Shown: positions 15,703 through 26,010, counted from the stretch's first letter. The stretch: 41,630 bases of DNA from Myxococcota bacterium (GCA_041288095.1 JBGGMJ010000150.1:1-41630); one strand, 5' to 3'. Numbers and translations are program-made. Notes: a model not told the origin generated them from the letters alone.

Positions 15703-17727
15703 CTACTTTTTCGTCCAGCGCTTCAGCCAGGCCTCGACGGTCTCGTGCCATTGAGCGCTGTTCTGCGGCTTCAAGACCCAGTGGTTCTCGTTCGGGAAGT
15801 AGAGGAGCTGCGAGGGGATGCCGCGGCTCTGCAAGGCGGTGAAGGCGGCGAGGCCTTGCTCGAGCGGCACGCGGTGGTCGTTGCCGCCGTGGACGACGAG
15901 CATCGGCGTCTTCCACTTGGCGACATGCTGCACCGGATTCCACTGCTCGTAGCCTTCGGGGTGCTCGTGGTACTTGCCGCCGAACTCCCACTCCTCGAAC
16001 CACTGCTCTTCGGTGGTGTAGGCCATGGAGCGGGCGTCGAAGATGCCGTCGTGGTTCACCAGGCACTTCCACGGGTCCTGCCACTTGCCGGCGATCCAGT
16101 TGATCATGAAGCCACCGTAGGAGGCGCCGGCGGCGCAGGCTCTGCCGGCGTCGATGAACTTGTACGTTTTGACGGAGTGCGCCCAGCCCTTCTGGAGATC
16201 CTCGAGAGGCTTGCCCCCCCAGTCGCGGCTGATCGAGTCGGTGAACGCCTGGCCGTAGCCGGTCGAGCCGTGGAAATCGATCGCCACGGCGACGAAGCCG
16301 GCGCCGGCATAGGTCTGCGGGTTCCAGCGATAGTGCCAGTGGTTGCCGAAGCTACCCTGTGGACCTCCGTGGACGAGCAACACCGTTGGGTAGGTCTGCC
16401 CGGCGACGAAGCCCGCGGGCTTGACGATGTGTGCGTAGACCATCTCGCCGTTCCAGCCCTCGAAGCTGAACTGCTCGACGTCACCGAGAGCGAGCTGCTC
16501 CATGCGTTCCGCGTTGTGGCGCGTCAGCTGCTCACGGGCGCCTTGTGGCACGGGAACGCGATAGAGCTGCGCCGGAGCGCGTAGGTCGTCCATCGCCACG
16601 ATGACGGCGTCGCGGCCGACCGCCATGCTCGCGACGTGCCCCTTGTCGGTGAGCGGCTTGACGCCGCCGTTCACTGCTTCCACCGCGAACAGACGGCGTT
16701 GACCGACATCGTCTGCTATCGTGTACAGGGTCTTGCCGTCCGGCGCCCATGCCAGGGCGTCGGCCGAGCGATCCCAGCCACCGGCGAGCTCGCGCGCACT
16801 GCCGCCGCTCGTCGATTGGACCATGATGCGGTAGCGATCGGCCTCGAAGCCGGAGCGCTTCATGGCGCGCCAAGCCACCTGCTTGCCGTCGGGCGAGACC
16901 ACCGGACCGACGTCGGTCGCCAGGTTGCCGCTGCTCAGGTTCACGGGTTTCCGAGTGCCCTCGAGCGCGACGCGGAAGACGTCGAGGTTGGTGCTCCAAG
17001 GCTCGGTGCGGCCGGCGATGCGCGCCGTGAAGTAGAAGGTCTTGCCGTCGGGAGAAAACGACCACTCTTCGTCGTCGCCAAAAGGCTTGCTGGGGACGTC
17101 GCCGTCGATGTCGCGTGACAAGCGCACGGGCTCCCCGGCGGCGCCCGGGGTCACGAGGAAGACCTGACTACGCGTGCCGTCCTTCCAAGCATCCCAGTGG
17201 CGCACGAAGAGCTGATCGTAGAGCTGGCCGCTGGCCTTCTTCGCGGAGCGCGCGTCGAACCGCTGCTTGCTGCAGGCGAGGGTGGGGCAGTCCGCGAAAA
17301 CATCCATGGCCACGACGATGCGGTCGCTGCCGGGGGCGACCGCGAAGGCGGTCACTTCGAGCGGCAGTGACGTGAGGGCTTTCGCTTCGCCGCCGGCGAG
17401 GTCGAGCTTCCAGACTTGCTGCTTACCGTCGAGCGGCGACAGGAAGTAGACGGAGGCGCCGTCCTTCGACAGGCGCGGCGAAGCGCTCTCGACGCCCTGC
17501 GCGGTGAGGCGCCGCGTCGCCTTGGTGTCGACGTCGAGCAGCCAAACCGAGTGCACGCCCTTGTTCGCGTCCCAGTCGGTCTCGCGCAGCTCGTAGACCA
17601 CGCGCTTGCCGTCGGGCGAAAGCGTCGGCTTCGCGACGCGCTCGAGGCGCACCAGATCCTGCGCGGTGAACGGCTTTTTTCCGGGGGCCGCCGTCGCGGC
17701 CAGGACCAGAGCGAGGATAACGTGCAT
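15703..17727 (-). CDS. S9 family peptidase (dipeptidyl/acylaminoacyl peptidase-like), secreted
   Basis: Signal peptide, SPDG propeller repeats, VHGGPQ, nucleophile GASYGG, DHRVP and ENHW. Confidence 0.93.
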   Translation of the reverse strand: MHVILALVLAATAAPGKKPFTAQDLVRLERVAKPTLSPDGKRVVYELRETDWDANKGVHSVWLLDVDTKATRRLTAQGVESASPRLSKDGASVYFLSPLDGKQQVWKLDLAGGEAKALTSLPLEVTAFAVAPGSDRIVVAMDVFADCPTLACSKQRFDARSAKKASGQLYDQLFVRHWDAWKDGTRSQVFLVTPGAAGEPVRLSRDIDGDVPSKPFGDDEEWSFSPDGKTFYFTARIAGRTEPWSTNLDVFRVALEGTRKPVNLSSGNLATDVGPVVSPDGKQVAWRAMKRSGFEADRYRIMVQSTSGGSARELAGGWDRSADALAWAPDGKTLYTIADDVGQRRLFAVEAVNGGVKPLTDKGHVASMAVGRDAVIVAMDDLRAPAQLYRVPVPQGAREQLTRHNAERMEQLALGDVEQFSFEGWNGEMVYAHIVKPAGFVAGQTYPTVLLVHGGPQGSFGNHWHYRWNPQTYAGAGFVAVAIDFHGSTGYGQAFTDSISRDWGGKPLEDLQKGWAHSVKTYKFIDAGRACAAGASYGGFMINWIAGKWQDPWKCLVNHDGIFDARSMAYTTEEQWFEEWEFGGKYHEHPEGYEQWNPVQHVAKWKTPMLVVHGGNDHRVPLEQGLAAFTALQSRGIPSQLLYFPNENHWVLKPQNSAQWHETVEAWLKRWTKK

Positions 17728-17869
17728 GGTGCACGCGATAGCGCGTTCACGGGCGCGGGAACAAGCTCAGACCGCTTCGACCCTATCGCGTCGCTCATGC
17801 GCCCTCTCGCCTGGCGGCCCCAAGAACTATACACGAATGGCCACGCGTTCTGACCACGCGGAGGGTGAC

Positions 17870-18742
17870 ATGCGTATTGGCATCGACCTGGGCGGCACCA
17901 AGACCGAAGGAGTCCTGCTCGCGCCCGACGGCAGTATCGTCCACCGCGAGCGCCGCCCGACACCGGCGTCCGAGGGCTACGAGGCCATCCTGGGCACCAT
18001 CGTCAGCCTCATTATCGACCTCAAGAAGCGCGCGGGCCGCCCATGCAGCATCGGCATCGGCACCCCCGGGTCGATCTCGGTCAAGACCGGCATGCTCAAG
18101 AACTCGAACACCGTAGCGCTCAACGGCATGCCGCTGCAGCAAGACCTGCAGGCGACACTGGTGCAGGACATCCGCATCCAGAACGACGCGAACTGTTTCG
18201 CGCTCGCCGAAGCCGTGAGTGGCGCCGGCCGCGGCCATCGCGTCGTCTTCGGGATCATCCTCGGCACTGGAGTCGGCGGCGGTATCGTCATCGATCGGAA
18301 CGTGCACGACGGTCCCAACCACGTGGCCGGAGAGTGGGGGCACAACATCCTCGAGGCCGATGGACCTGACTGCTATTGCGGAAAGCGCGGCTGCGTCGAG
18401 ACGCTGCTGTCGGGGCCGGGACTTGCCCGCGATTACGGACAAGGCATGGAGGGTCCGATGGTCGTCGAGCGCGCCGAGCGGGGTGAGCCGGCGGCGCTCG
18501 CCGCGATGCAGCGCTACATCAAGCGCTTCGGCAAGGCGCTGTCATACGTCGTGAACATCCTCGATCCTGACGTCATCGTCCTTGGTGGCGGCTTGTCGTC
18601 CATTCCGCGCCTGACCCGCGATACGCCCGAGGCGGTCGCGGGGGCGATCTTCAACGACACCTTCGCGACCCCTATCGTGAAGAACGAGCTCGGGGACTCT
18701 GCTGGGGTTATCGGCGCGGCGTGGCTTTGGCCCAAGCTCTAA
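17870..18742 (+). CDS. ROK family sugar kinase (Mak/fructokinase-like)
   Basis: GIDLGGTK, NDANC, GTGVGGG, GEWGH and CYCGKRGC motifs. SD GGAGGG. Confidence 0.93.
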   Translation: MRIGIDLGGTKTEGVLLAPDGSIVHRERRPTPASEGYEAILGTIVSLIIDLKKRAGRPCSIGIGTPGSISVKTGMLKNSNTVALNGMPLQQDLQATLVQDIRIQNDANCFALAEAVSGAGRGHRVVFGIILGTGVGGGIVIDRNVHDGPNHVAGEWGHNILEADGPDCYCGKRGCVETLLSGPGLARDYGQGMEGPMVVERAERGEPAALAAMQRYIKRFGKALSYVVNILDPDVIVLGGGLSSIPRLTRDTPEAVAGAIFNDTFATPIVKNELGDSAGVIGAAWLWPKL

Positions 18743-19134
18743 CGTCGGGCCATGAACCGCGTCGCGAACAGGTGGTGCGCGCGATAGTTGGGCGTGATCG
18801 CCGTGTCTTCGGTGCTCGCCCCGCGCTCGTTTTCCGCGGCGCGCCGGATGAGCGCCGCGATGGCCATGCGATCCGCCGCGGTAACCTTCATGGCTACCCG
18901 TGCCGCGTCGGCGTTGACGCGCCGTTCCACGAGGAAGCGGCCGTCGTCCATTTCGGTGAGGTCGAGGATCTGGCCCTTGCCGTCCGCTATAGCGCGATAT
19001 TTGTCCGCCATCGCGACGAAGCGCGGATAGGCCGCGTCGAAGCCGTCCAGCGCCCCGTTCAGGACCGCTGGTGCAATACGTCCAGCGCCGCCGTTGCTCA
19101 CGAAAGAATCCCCCGTACCTTCGCCCATTTGCAT
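18739..19134 (-). CDS. Hypothetical protein (131 aa)
   Basis: SD GGAGG before ATG 19134. Converges on the ROK gene with overlapping stops. Confidence 0.6.
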   Translation of the reverse strand: MQMGEGTGDSFVSNGGAGRIAPAVLNGALDGFDAAYPRFVAMADKYRAIADGKGQILDLTEMDDGRFLVERRVNADAARVAMKVTAADRMAIAALIRRAAENERGASTEDTAITPNYRAHHLFATRFMARR

Positions 19135-19152
19135 AGACGCCTCCGCTCCAAT

Positions 19153-19197
19153 CCGACCTGACCTGTGCCACACGTACGCACGGACAGGTCGGGTCGG
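19153..19197. repeat. Stem-loop downstream of glnA
   Basis: CCGACCTGACCTGT / ACAGGTCGGGTCGG, 14-bp arms with one mismatch. No U-tract follows. Confidence 0.6.
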
Positions 19198-19210
19198 CTG
19201 AGGTTCGCGT

Positions 19211-20656
19211 CTAGAACTGATTCCAGAGGTATTGGTTCGTGACCTCGTGGTGGAACTGGATTTCCGGGACCTTGATGAGCGAGCCCAAGGCCTTCGGGCA
19301 GCGATCGGCCTGCGACTGCTTGAGCTCGGCGAACTTGGTCTGCACGACTTCGCCCAGCACCTCGGACACGAACTTGCTCGATTTGAACAAGCGGATGGAG
19401 TCGTAGATGTTGTCGGGCAGGAAGCGGGTGCGGCTGCGCTTCGACTCGTCCGCTGGAGCGTCCGCGCCCTCGAGCGCCGTCCGGATCAAGGTGTAGAACA
19501 CCATGTACGGGTTGGCGTCGGGTGCGACGCTGCGTACCTCGATGCGCGCCGAGCGCTCGTTGCCGGTCGGGATGCGGACCATGGCGCCGCGGTTGTTCGG
19601 CGATGCCTTGATCTGATTCGGCGCCTCGTAGTGCGGGTCGAGACGGCGGTACGCGTTAACGGACGAATTGAGAATCAGGCAGATGTCATCGGCGCTCGCG
19701 AGGATGCGATCGATGGCGGTCCAGCCGGTCTTCGACAAGCCGTCTTGGCCCTTGGCGTCCCAGTAGAGGTTCACCTTGTCGCGCGAGAACGACATGTTGG
19801 TGTGCATGCCGTTGCCGTTCACGCCGGTGACCGGCTTGGGCAAGAACGACGCGGTCATGTCCATCTTCTGCGCCACTTGACGGCAGAGCAGCTTGTAAAG
19901 CTGCACCTGGTCGGCGGTGATGAGCGCTTCGCTGTAAGTGAAGTTCATCTCGAACTGCGAGGGAGCGACCTCCGGGTGATCCTTCTCGTTCCCGAAGCCC
20001 ATGGCGCGCTGCACTTCGGCGGCCGCGTCGATGAAGTTGCGGAGCGCGTCGCCGGGCAGCGAGTGGTAGTAGCCGCCGGTCGAGACGTATTCGAACTTGC
20101 CGGTCTCGTTGTAGCGGCGCTCGGCGTCGCGGCCCCTGAACAAGAAGCCTTCGATCTCCGGCGCGACGTGGCAGACCGTCTTCTCCTTCTGCCAGAGCTG
20201 ATCGCAGTAAGCCTTGAGCATGCTGCGCATGTCGGAAGCGTACGGCGCCCCATCGCGGCCCATGACCTGCGAGAAGACGAGGACCTTGCCGGGCCCGAAG
20301 ACGTCGGCGGGCAGCCAGTAGAGAGAGCCCCAGTCGATCTGCAGGCGCAGGTCGGACTCGTGCTGCGCCGAGAAGCCGCGCACCGAGGAGCCGTCGAAGG
20401 TGAGATTGTCCTCGCTCTTCAGGAGGAACTTCTTGTCGTAGTCGAGCATCTGCAGGCGACCTTCGAGGTCGGTGAAGCAGACGGTGACCGCCTTGATGCC
20501 CTTCTCGTCGGCGAGCGCCTTGACCGCGGTCTCGCGAAGCTTGTCGGCGGACTGGTGGTCCAGGCGCGCCTGCTTGGTGGCGAGATTTCTTTCCTCGAGC
20601 TTATCGTAAGGGATTTCGAGGAAGTCGCGGAGGCCGGAGCTCAAATTCGTGGTCAT
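19211..20656 (-). CDS. glnA: Glutamine synthetase (type I family)
   Basis: FDGSSVRGF..ESD, PEIEGF, HPEVAPSQFE, FLPKP..GVNGNGMH, NAYRRLDPHYEAP, NRGAMVRIP and RIEVRS.APDANPY. Confidence 0.92.
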   Translation of the reverse strand: MTTNLSSGLRDFLEIPYDKLEERNLATKQARLDHQSADKLRETAVKALADEKGIKAVTVCFTDLEGRLQMLDYDKKFLLKSEDNLTFDGSSVRGFSAQHESDLRLQIDWGSLYWLPADVFGPGKVLVFSQVMGRDGAPYASDMRSMLKAYCDQLWQKEKTVCHVAPEIEGFLFRGRDAERRYNETGKFEYVSTGGYYHSLPGDALRNFIDAAAEVQRAMGFGNEKDHPEVAPSQFEMNFTYSEALITADQVQLYKLLCRQVAQKMDMTASFLPKPVTGVNGNGMHTNMSFSRDKVNLYWDAKGQDGLSKTGWTAIDRILASADDICLILNSSVNAYRRLDPHYEAPNQIKASPNNRGAMVRIPTGNERSARIEVRSVAPDANPYMVFYTLIRTALEGADAPADESKRSRTRFLPDNIYDSIRLFKSSKFVSEVLGEVVQTKFAELKQSQADRCPKALGSLIKVPEIQFHHEVTNQYLWNQF

Positions 20657-20741
20657 CAATGGTTCCTTTGGGACGGACAACATTTCTTGGACCTATTTTT
20701 AGGGTAGATCAAGAGGGCGAAGGAACGTATGGCCTCGGCTC

Positions 20742-21878
20742 ATGCAGATCGAGACCAAGGTCGTTCATGCCGGCGAGCGTCGCGTCGAAGGCGCGGTGGT
20801 GACGCCGATCTTCCAGAGCGCGACGTACGTGCACGAGGAGCAGAAGGGGTACCACGACCTTCGTTATCTCCGGCTCAACAACACACCCAGTCAGGTGGTG
20901 TTGCACGACAAGCTCGCGGCGCTGGAGGGGGCGGAGTCCGCCCTGGTGACATCGAGCGGCATGGCGGCGATCACGACGACGCTCTTCGCGTTACTCAAGA
21001 GCGGCGATCACATTCTGGCGCAGAATGTCCTCTATGGCGGAACCTACGACTTCATCACCAAGGATCTGCCGGAGCTCGGCATCACCTACGACTTCATCGA
21101 TAGCAACGACCCAGCGAGCTGGAAGGCGAAGCTCAAGACGAACACCAAGGTCATCTACGTCGAGACCATCGCGAATCCGTTGCTTGCGGTGCCGGACCTT
21201 ACCGCGGTGGTGAAGTTCGCGAAGGAGCATGGGCTCGTGTCCGCGATCGACAACACGTTCGCGAGTCCGGTCTTGTATCAGCCGGTCGTGCAGGGGTTCG
21301 ACCTGTCGCTGCACTCGTGCACCAAGTACATGAACGGCCATAGCGACATCGTGGCCGGCGCCGTGATCGGCGGGCGCGCGCTCGTCGAGAAAGTGAAACA
21401 CAAGCTCGACCACCTCGGGGGCTCGCTCGATCCGCACGCGTGCTTCTTGTTGCAGAGGGGCATGAAGACGTTGGCGCTGAGGGTGCGCGCGCAATCGCTG
21501 AATGCCATGGCCATCGCCAAGTGCTTGAGCGAGCATGACGCCATCGAGCGCGTTTACTATCCGGGGCTCGCGACGCATCCGTCACACGGCATGGCGGCGA
21601 AGGCCCTCAATGGCGGCTTCGGGGGCATGGTCAGCTTCGACGTCAAGGGCGGTGCCGCGGCCGCGAACCGCTTCGTGAAGCGCTTGCAGCTGCCCATCGA
21701 CGCGCCGAGCCTCGGCGGCGTCGACTCGCTGGTGTCCCTCCCGGCCCAATCCTCGCACGCGAACCTGGCTCCCGAAGCACGCGCTCGGACCGGCATCGGT
21801 GACGGGCTAGTGCGTTTCTCGGTCGGCATCGAGGGCACCGAGGACCTGGTCGCGGACGTACGTCAGGCGTTGGGATGA
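20742..21878 (+). CDS. Cys/Met metabolism PLP enzyme (cystathionine gamma-lyase/synthase family)
   Basis: PIFQSATY, SSGMAAI, YGGT, ETIANP, DNTFASP, HSCTKYMNGHSD (PLP Lys) and SLGG. Confidence 0.93.
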   Translation: MQIETKVVHAGERRVEGAVVTPIFQSATYVHEEQKGYHDLRYLRLNNTPSQVVLHDKLAALEGAESALVTSSGMAAITTTLFALLKSGDHILAQNVLYGGTYDFITKDLPELGITYDFIDSNDPASWKAKLKTNTKVIYVETIANPLLAVPDLTAVVKFAKEHGLVSAIDNTFASPVLYQPVVQGFDLSLHSCTKYMNGHSDIVAGAVIGGRALVEKVKHKLDHLGGSLDPHACFLLQRGMKTLALRVRAQSLNAMAIAKCLSEHDAIERVYYPGLATHPSHGMAAKALNGGFGGMVSFDVKGGAAAANRFVKRLQLPIDAPSLGGVDSLVSLPAQSSHANLAPEARARTGIGDGLVRFSVGIEGTEDLVADVRQALG

Positions 21879-22240
21879 GCACCCACCAGTCGGGCCACGG
21901 TATCGAGCAGCTCGCGATGCGTGAACGGCTTGCTCAGCACGCCTTGGTGCGGCGGGAGGCTGGCGGCGATGCCGTCGTATTCGGCCGTCGTCATCACCAC
22001 GACCGGAATGTCGGCGAAAGCGGGCGTGGCGCGCATCTTCGCGAGCATCTCCGGACCGTCCGGTGAGGGCATCATGATGTCGAGGAGCACCAGGTCGGTC
22101 TTGTGCTCGGCGAGCCGCAAGAGACCGATGCGCCCGTCGTGCGCTATGGCAACGGCGTAGCCTTCGTCCGCGAGCGCGTCCGCGACGACCTGGGCGAGGT
22201 CGACTTCATCGTCGACGACGAGGACCAACTTCGTCTCCAT
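21863..22240 (-). CDS. Single-domain response regulator (receiver)
   Basis: VVDDE, LLDIMMP..DG and KPF motifs. Confidence 0.9.
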   Translation of the reverse strand: METKLVLVVDDEVDLAQVVADALADEGYAVAIAHDGRIGLLRLAEHKTDLVLLDIMMPSPDGPEMLAKMRATPAFADIPVVVMTTAEYDGIAASLPPHQGVLSKPFTHRELLDTVARLVGAHPNA

Positions 22241-22248
22241 CGCGACGC

Positions 22249-23676
22249 TCAGGCCTCCAGTGCCGTGACCACGTCACCCAAGAGGATGCCGCGGTCGGTA
22301 ATGAGCAGCTCGCGCAGTGTCGAGTCGTGGCCGCTGTCGCGCATCTTCAGCACCGACAGGACGCGGCAAATGCGTCCACGCATACGCGCGTGTCGCAGCA
22401 CGATCATGTTGTGCGTGATCGCGGACACACCTCGGAATGGCACCCGCATCGTCGGGCCGACGAGGTCAGCGCTCTCGGCGCTGTACAGGATGGTCACGCC
22501 GCGCCGCTCCAGCTCGTTGGCGAGAGCCGTCATGACCTCACGGACCCGATCATCGATGTCGACCGCGGTCGCCAGGCCGTCGAGGCCGTCCATGAACAGG
22601 CGCTTTGGCTCGTGGCGTTCGACCTCGTTCAACAACCGGTCGCAGACCACGTCGACGATGCCTTCGACCGGCCGCTGCCAGAGCTGATGCACGAGACCGC
22701 GCTCCACGCCCTCGACGAGGCCGACGCAGACACGCTTGCTCTTGGCGAGAATCGCCGGTGGTCGTTCGAAGAAGCCGAAATAGATGCCGGTCTCGTCGAG
22801 GCGCGCGCCTTCGGCGAGCCACTGCAGGCCGAGCATGGTCTTGCCGCTGCCTGTCGGTCCCAAGAGCATCGTCGCCGAGGCGTTCGGCACACCACCCTCC
22901 ATCATCTTGTCGAGGTCCGCGATGCCGAACCCGAGCCGCTCCACGGACGGCACGTACTCATCGTCGCTCGCCGGCTTCACTCGGGTCTCGATGCGCGGGT
23001 GCACGGCGATGCCGGCATCGCTGATGTCGAAGCTATGCCGCCCGCTCACCTGCGCGGCGCCTCGCAGCTTGCGCACGTGCAGGTAGCGCCGCGAGTGCAC
23101 GTTCTGGATCTCGTTCGATAGCTCGATGATGCCGTCGACCATCGTGTGGTCGGGCCGGAAGCCATTCGCGCGCTCGGCGTTCGAGAGGAGGAGGGCGGTC
23201 CCGCCCATCAACGCGAGGACGACTTGCAGCTCGTGCAGGAACTTCTTGTAGTCCTTCAGCGACGGCGCCGCGTCTTCGGCGGACACGAGCCCATCCAGCA
23301 CGAGAAGGCCTGCTTTGTGAGAGGTCGCGGATTGCCGGACCACGTCGAGCAGTCCGCTCAAGCCGTCTTCCTCGAGCGGCCGGAAACCGCTCAGGTAGTA
23401 GAGGTTCTTCGGAATGACCGAGCTGTCGTAGAAACGCATGCGCCGCAGGTGCTGCAACATGCGAGCATGCGACTCGGCGAGCAGCGTGACGTAAACGACC
23501 TGCCCACCTGCCTTGGCGAACTCGAAGGCGATCTGATTGGCGAGGACCGTCTTACCGGCGCCAGGCACTCCCTGGACGATGTACACGCCACCGACGAGCA
23601 GCCCGCCTTCGAGCAAGCGGTCGAGGCCTGGTACACGCGTCGCTAAGCGCTCCGGTATGGTCGCTGGTCTCCCCAT
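22249..23676 (-). CDS. KaiC-like double RecA-domain ATPase
   Basis: Two Walker A motifs (GVPGAGKT, GPTGSGKT) and KLRG/KMRDS arginine fingers. Confidence 0.9.
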   Translation of the reverse strand: MGRPATIPERLATRVPGLDRLLEGGLLVGGVYIVQGVPGAGKTVLANQIAFEFAKAGGQVVYVTLLAESHARMLQHLRRMRFYDSSVIPKNLYYLSGFRPLEEDGLSGLLDVVRQSATSHKAGLLVLDGLVSAEDAAPSLKDYKKFLHELQVVLALMGGTALLLSNAERANGFRPDHTMVDGIIELSNEIQNVHSRRYLHVRKLRGAAQVSGRHSFDISDAGIAVHPRIETRVKPASDDEYVPSVERLGFGIADLDKMMEGGVPNASATMLLGPTGSGKTMLGLQWLAEGARLDETGIYFGFFERPPAILAKSKRVCVGLVEGVERGLVHQLWQRPVEGIVDVVCDRLLNEVERHEPKRLFMDGLDGLATAVDIDDRVREVMTALANELERRGVTILYSAESADLVGPTMRVPFRGVSAITHNMIVLRHARMRGRICRVLSVLKMRDSGHDSTLRELLITDRGILLGDVVTALEA

Positions 23677-23730
23677 CCATGAATCAAGATGGGGTCCTGG
23701 AGGCACGAATCAACCCTTGACGGAGGGGCT

Positions 23731-25422
23731 TTAGTGCTTCGCGTGGTACGCTAAAAGACTCACGTTCGCGTCCTCGGCGACGAGCTCGAAGTAGCCGCTG
23801 GCGATGAGCTTGTCGCGGCCCTCGATCGAGAGCCGCAAGCGGCGCTTGCCGTAGAAAAGGTCGCGGTCGTGAACCACGTGCGTGACGCCGTGGCGATCGA
23901 GTGCCTCGAGCACGGTGTCGGTGACCTCGCCACGATTGAGGTCGGCGAGGGCCGCGTGCGCGTCGAAGGCGGCCTGTGGTCCGACCGGTTCGTAGCCGTT
24001 CACGAAAGGCTTGCCGGTGGCCATGATCAGTCGCTGCGCCGCGGAGCCGACGGCATCGTTCGGCGCGCCGTAGGGCAGATAGAGAAAGGGGCCGCCGCCG
24101 GGCGCGGCGATGTGCGCCAGCGGGCCGCGTGACAATAGTGTGGATGGAGAGATGACCACGAAATCGAGCAGCGCCGCCGCGACCGCTATAGCGGCAAGTC
24201 GTGGTCGGGCCGTGGTGCGCAGCTTGTCGATGGCCCATGCGGCGAGCAAGGCCACCGCGAACATGAGGATGAATGACAAGCGACCTTTGACCCGGACGAA
24301 GGCCCAGTACGGCACCGCGACCTTCAAGAGCGCGTACAGCGGTGGCAGCACCGGACTGAACATCAAGAGGAGGGTCACCAACACCGTCCAGCCGAGGACC
24401 CGTGCCTGTCCGTCGAGGGCGGTGGTTTCAACGCGCTTGCGGCGGTGGAGCGCGAGCCCGATGAGCACGAGAAGCGAAAGGCCGACGTAGTGCGAGCGGC
24501 GCTCGAGCTCATGACTGAACACGACGTCGCGCGTGAAACGCACCCAGGGAACGAAGAAGTCGAAGGGGAGGGGCGTCAGCGCCTCGGCTTCGTGGGCGCT
24601 GCGGCCGGCTTTGACCGGCGACATATCGAGGCCGAACTTCTGCACCCAGCGCACCCAGACGAGGCCGCAGAGGGCGAGGAATCCCGCGGGCGCGAGGCTC
24701 GCGACGCGAATGGCCGCCGCTCGCCAGCCCGCGCCGCGATGGCGGACAAGGGCCGTGGCGACGAACACACCGACGAGCAGCGTCGTGTAATAGAAGAGGT
24801 GCCACTCGCCGCACGCGAGGAACAGCAGCAAGGCGCCGAGGCCGACCGCGACGGCGGTGCGTTGCCAGAAGCGCGCCTCTCCGAGCCACGACCACAGGGC
24901 TAGCCACACCAGGGGAAAGGTCCCCAGGAGAAACCCGTTGGCGTGGCCACACGTCGCTTGCACCACGCGGAAGACGCAGAAGGCGTAGGCGAGGCCGGCG
25001 ACGAACGCCGCCACCCTGGAGGCGCCGAGGCGCCGCGCGCAGAAGGCCATGACCACGCCGGTGGCGGGGAAGCTCACGAGGAACAGCGCGTTATAGGCCG
25101 CTTCAGCGGACAGACCGGCCGCGGCACCGAGGCCCCAGAGCGGCTGTAGCGGGAAGCCCCACGCGCCCATGAGGTGCACGCCGCTGGGATTGGCCCCGGC
25201 GAATTCCAGGTCGTTGGCGAAGGGGAAGCGGCCGTCGGTGACGTTCTTCGCGAATAGCCAACAGTAGAAGAGGAGCTGATGCGGATCGCCGGAGAGGAAG
25301 GCGACGTCGGCCCCCGACGGCGTCGTGCCCATCGGGATGGCGCTGGTGAAGTGCGCGATCAGGGGCCGGCTCACCCAGAGAGCGGCCACCGTGTACGCCA
25401 ATGCGGACACGAGGTAGAACAT
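23731..25422 (-). CDS. Polytopic membrane protein, GT-C/YfhO-like glycosyltransferase candidate
   Basis: Many TM segments, GDP..L...W after TM1, and a C-terminal soluble domain with FVNGY. Confidence 0.6.
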   Translation of the reverse strand: MFYLVSALAYTVAALWVSRPLIAHFTSAIPMGTTPSGADVAFLSGDPHQLLFYCWLFAKNVTDGRFPFANDLEFAGANPSGVHLMGAWGFPLQPLWGLGAAAGLSAEAAYNALFLVSFPATGVVMAFCARRLGASRVAAFVAGLAYAFCVFRVVQATCGHANGFLLGTFPLVWLALWSWLGEARFWQRTAVAVGLGALLLFLACGEWHLFYYTTLLVGVFVATALVRHRGAGWRAAAIRVASLAPAGFLALCGLVWVRWVQKFGLDMSPVKAGRSAHEAEALTPLPFDFFVPWVRFTRDVVFSHELERRSHYVGLSLLVLIGLALHRRKRVETTALDGQARVLGWTVLVTLLLMFSPVLPPLYALLKVAVPYWAFVRVKGRLSFILMFAVALLAAWAIDKLRTTARPRLAAIAVAAALLDFVVISPSTLLSRGPLAHIAAPGGGPFLYLPYGAPNDAVGSAAQRLIMATGKPFVNGYEPVGPQAAFDAHAALADLNRGEVTDTVLEALDRHGVTHVVHDRDLFYGKRRLRLSIEGRDKLIASGYFELVAEDANVSLLAYHAKH

Positions 25423-25503
25423 CCGGGGCGCACCTTAGCCGTTGCCGGGCCGGCACGCGATCAGATCTTGCCAACTCAGTGGCGCCGTAAGCATATCCGC
25501 GCC

Positions 25504-25899
25504 ATGCAAAAGGCGATCGTCGTCTCGCTGGCTTTGCTGGCGGCCTGTGGCGAGCTGCAGGTCCCCGGGGGGCCGAGCCAGAATAACACCAACGCCAATA
25601 ACGGCACGCCCACCTGTAGCGGCCTCGAGGGCGAGACCTTCAGTACCGCCGAAGATCAGTTGATCGACCAGCGGTGCCAGTTCGACGCCGACAACAACTA
25701 CCAGTGCACCGACCTCTACGGCGGCTGGGACATCTTCTTCGACGATGGCGACTTCTACTGGACCACCTTCCAGAACACCGTGGTCGGCTCGTACACCTGC
25801 CGTAACGGCACCATCACCGGCGAGGCCGACGGCATCGACTACGACGGCAGCTTCACCGGCAACGCCTTGACCTGGGAAGGCTTGCAGTACCGCCGCTGA
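25504..25899 (+). CDS. Lipoprotein, hypothetical
   Basis: MQKAIVVSLALLAAC lipobox; acidic, beta-rich mature part with 4 further Cys. Confidence 0.8.
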   Translation: MQKAIVVSLALLAACGELQVPGGPSQNNTNANNGTPTCSGLEGETFSTAEDQLIDQRCQFDADNNYQCTDLYGGWDIFFDDGDFYWTTFQNTVVGSYTCRNGTITGEADGIDYDGSFTGNALTWEGLQYRR

Positions 25900-26010
25900 G
25901 CGCGTAGGAGCGCCTCGCCGCCTCGCGAACGAGTCCATGGGTCGAACCGACCTGTGGCTCTGGCCGCTCGGGTTGGCTCCGTGCTAGCCTTTCGGCCGAA
26001 CGGAGCGCCT

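Noticed and set aside
19143..19150. CCGCTCCA as a distal att copy of the tRNA 3' end bounding a 16-kb island
   Set aside because: Only 8 bp, expected by chance, and it coincides with the SD region of the adjacent gene. No integrase is present.
19232..20707. Long antisense ORFs (also 1164-2255, 7981-9237, 13183-14502, 36618-37589, 38643-40895)
   Set aside because: Shadow frames opposite well-supported genes, expected in high-GC DNA, with no motifs.
22249..23676. Circadian clock locus
   Set aside because: No kaiA/kaiB, and the phosphosite pair is incomplete.
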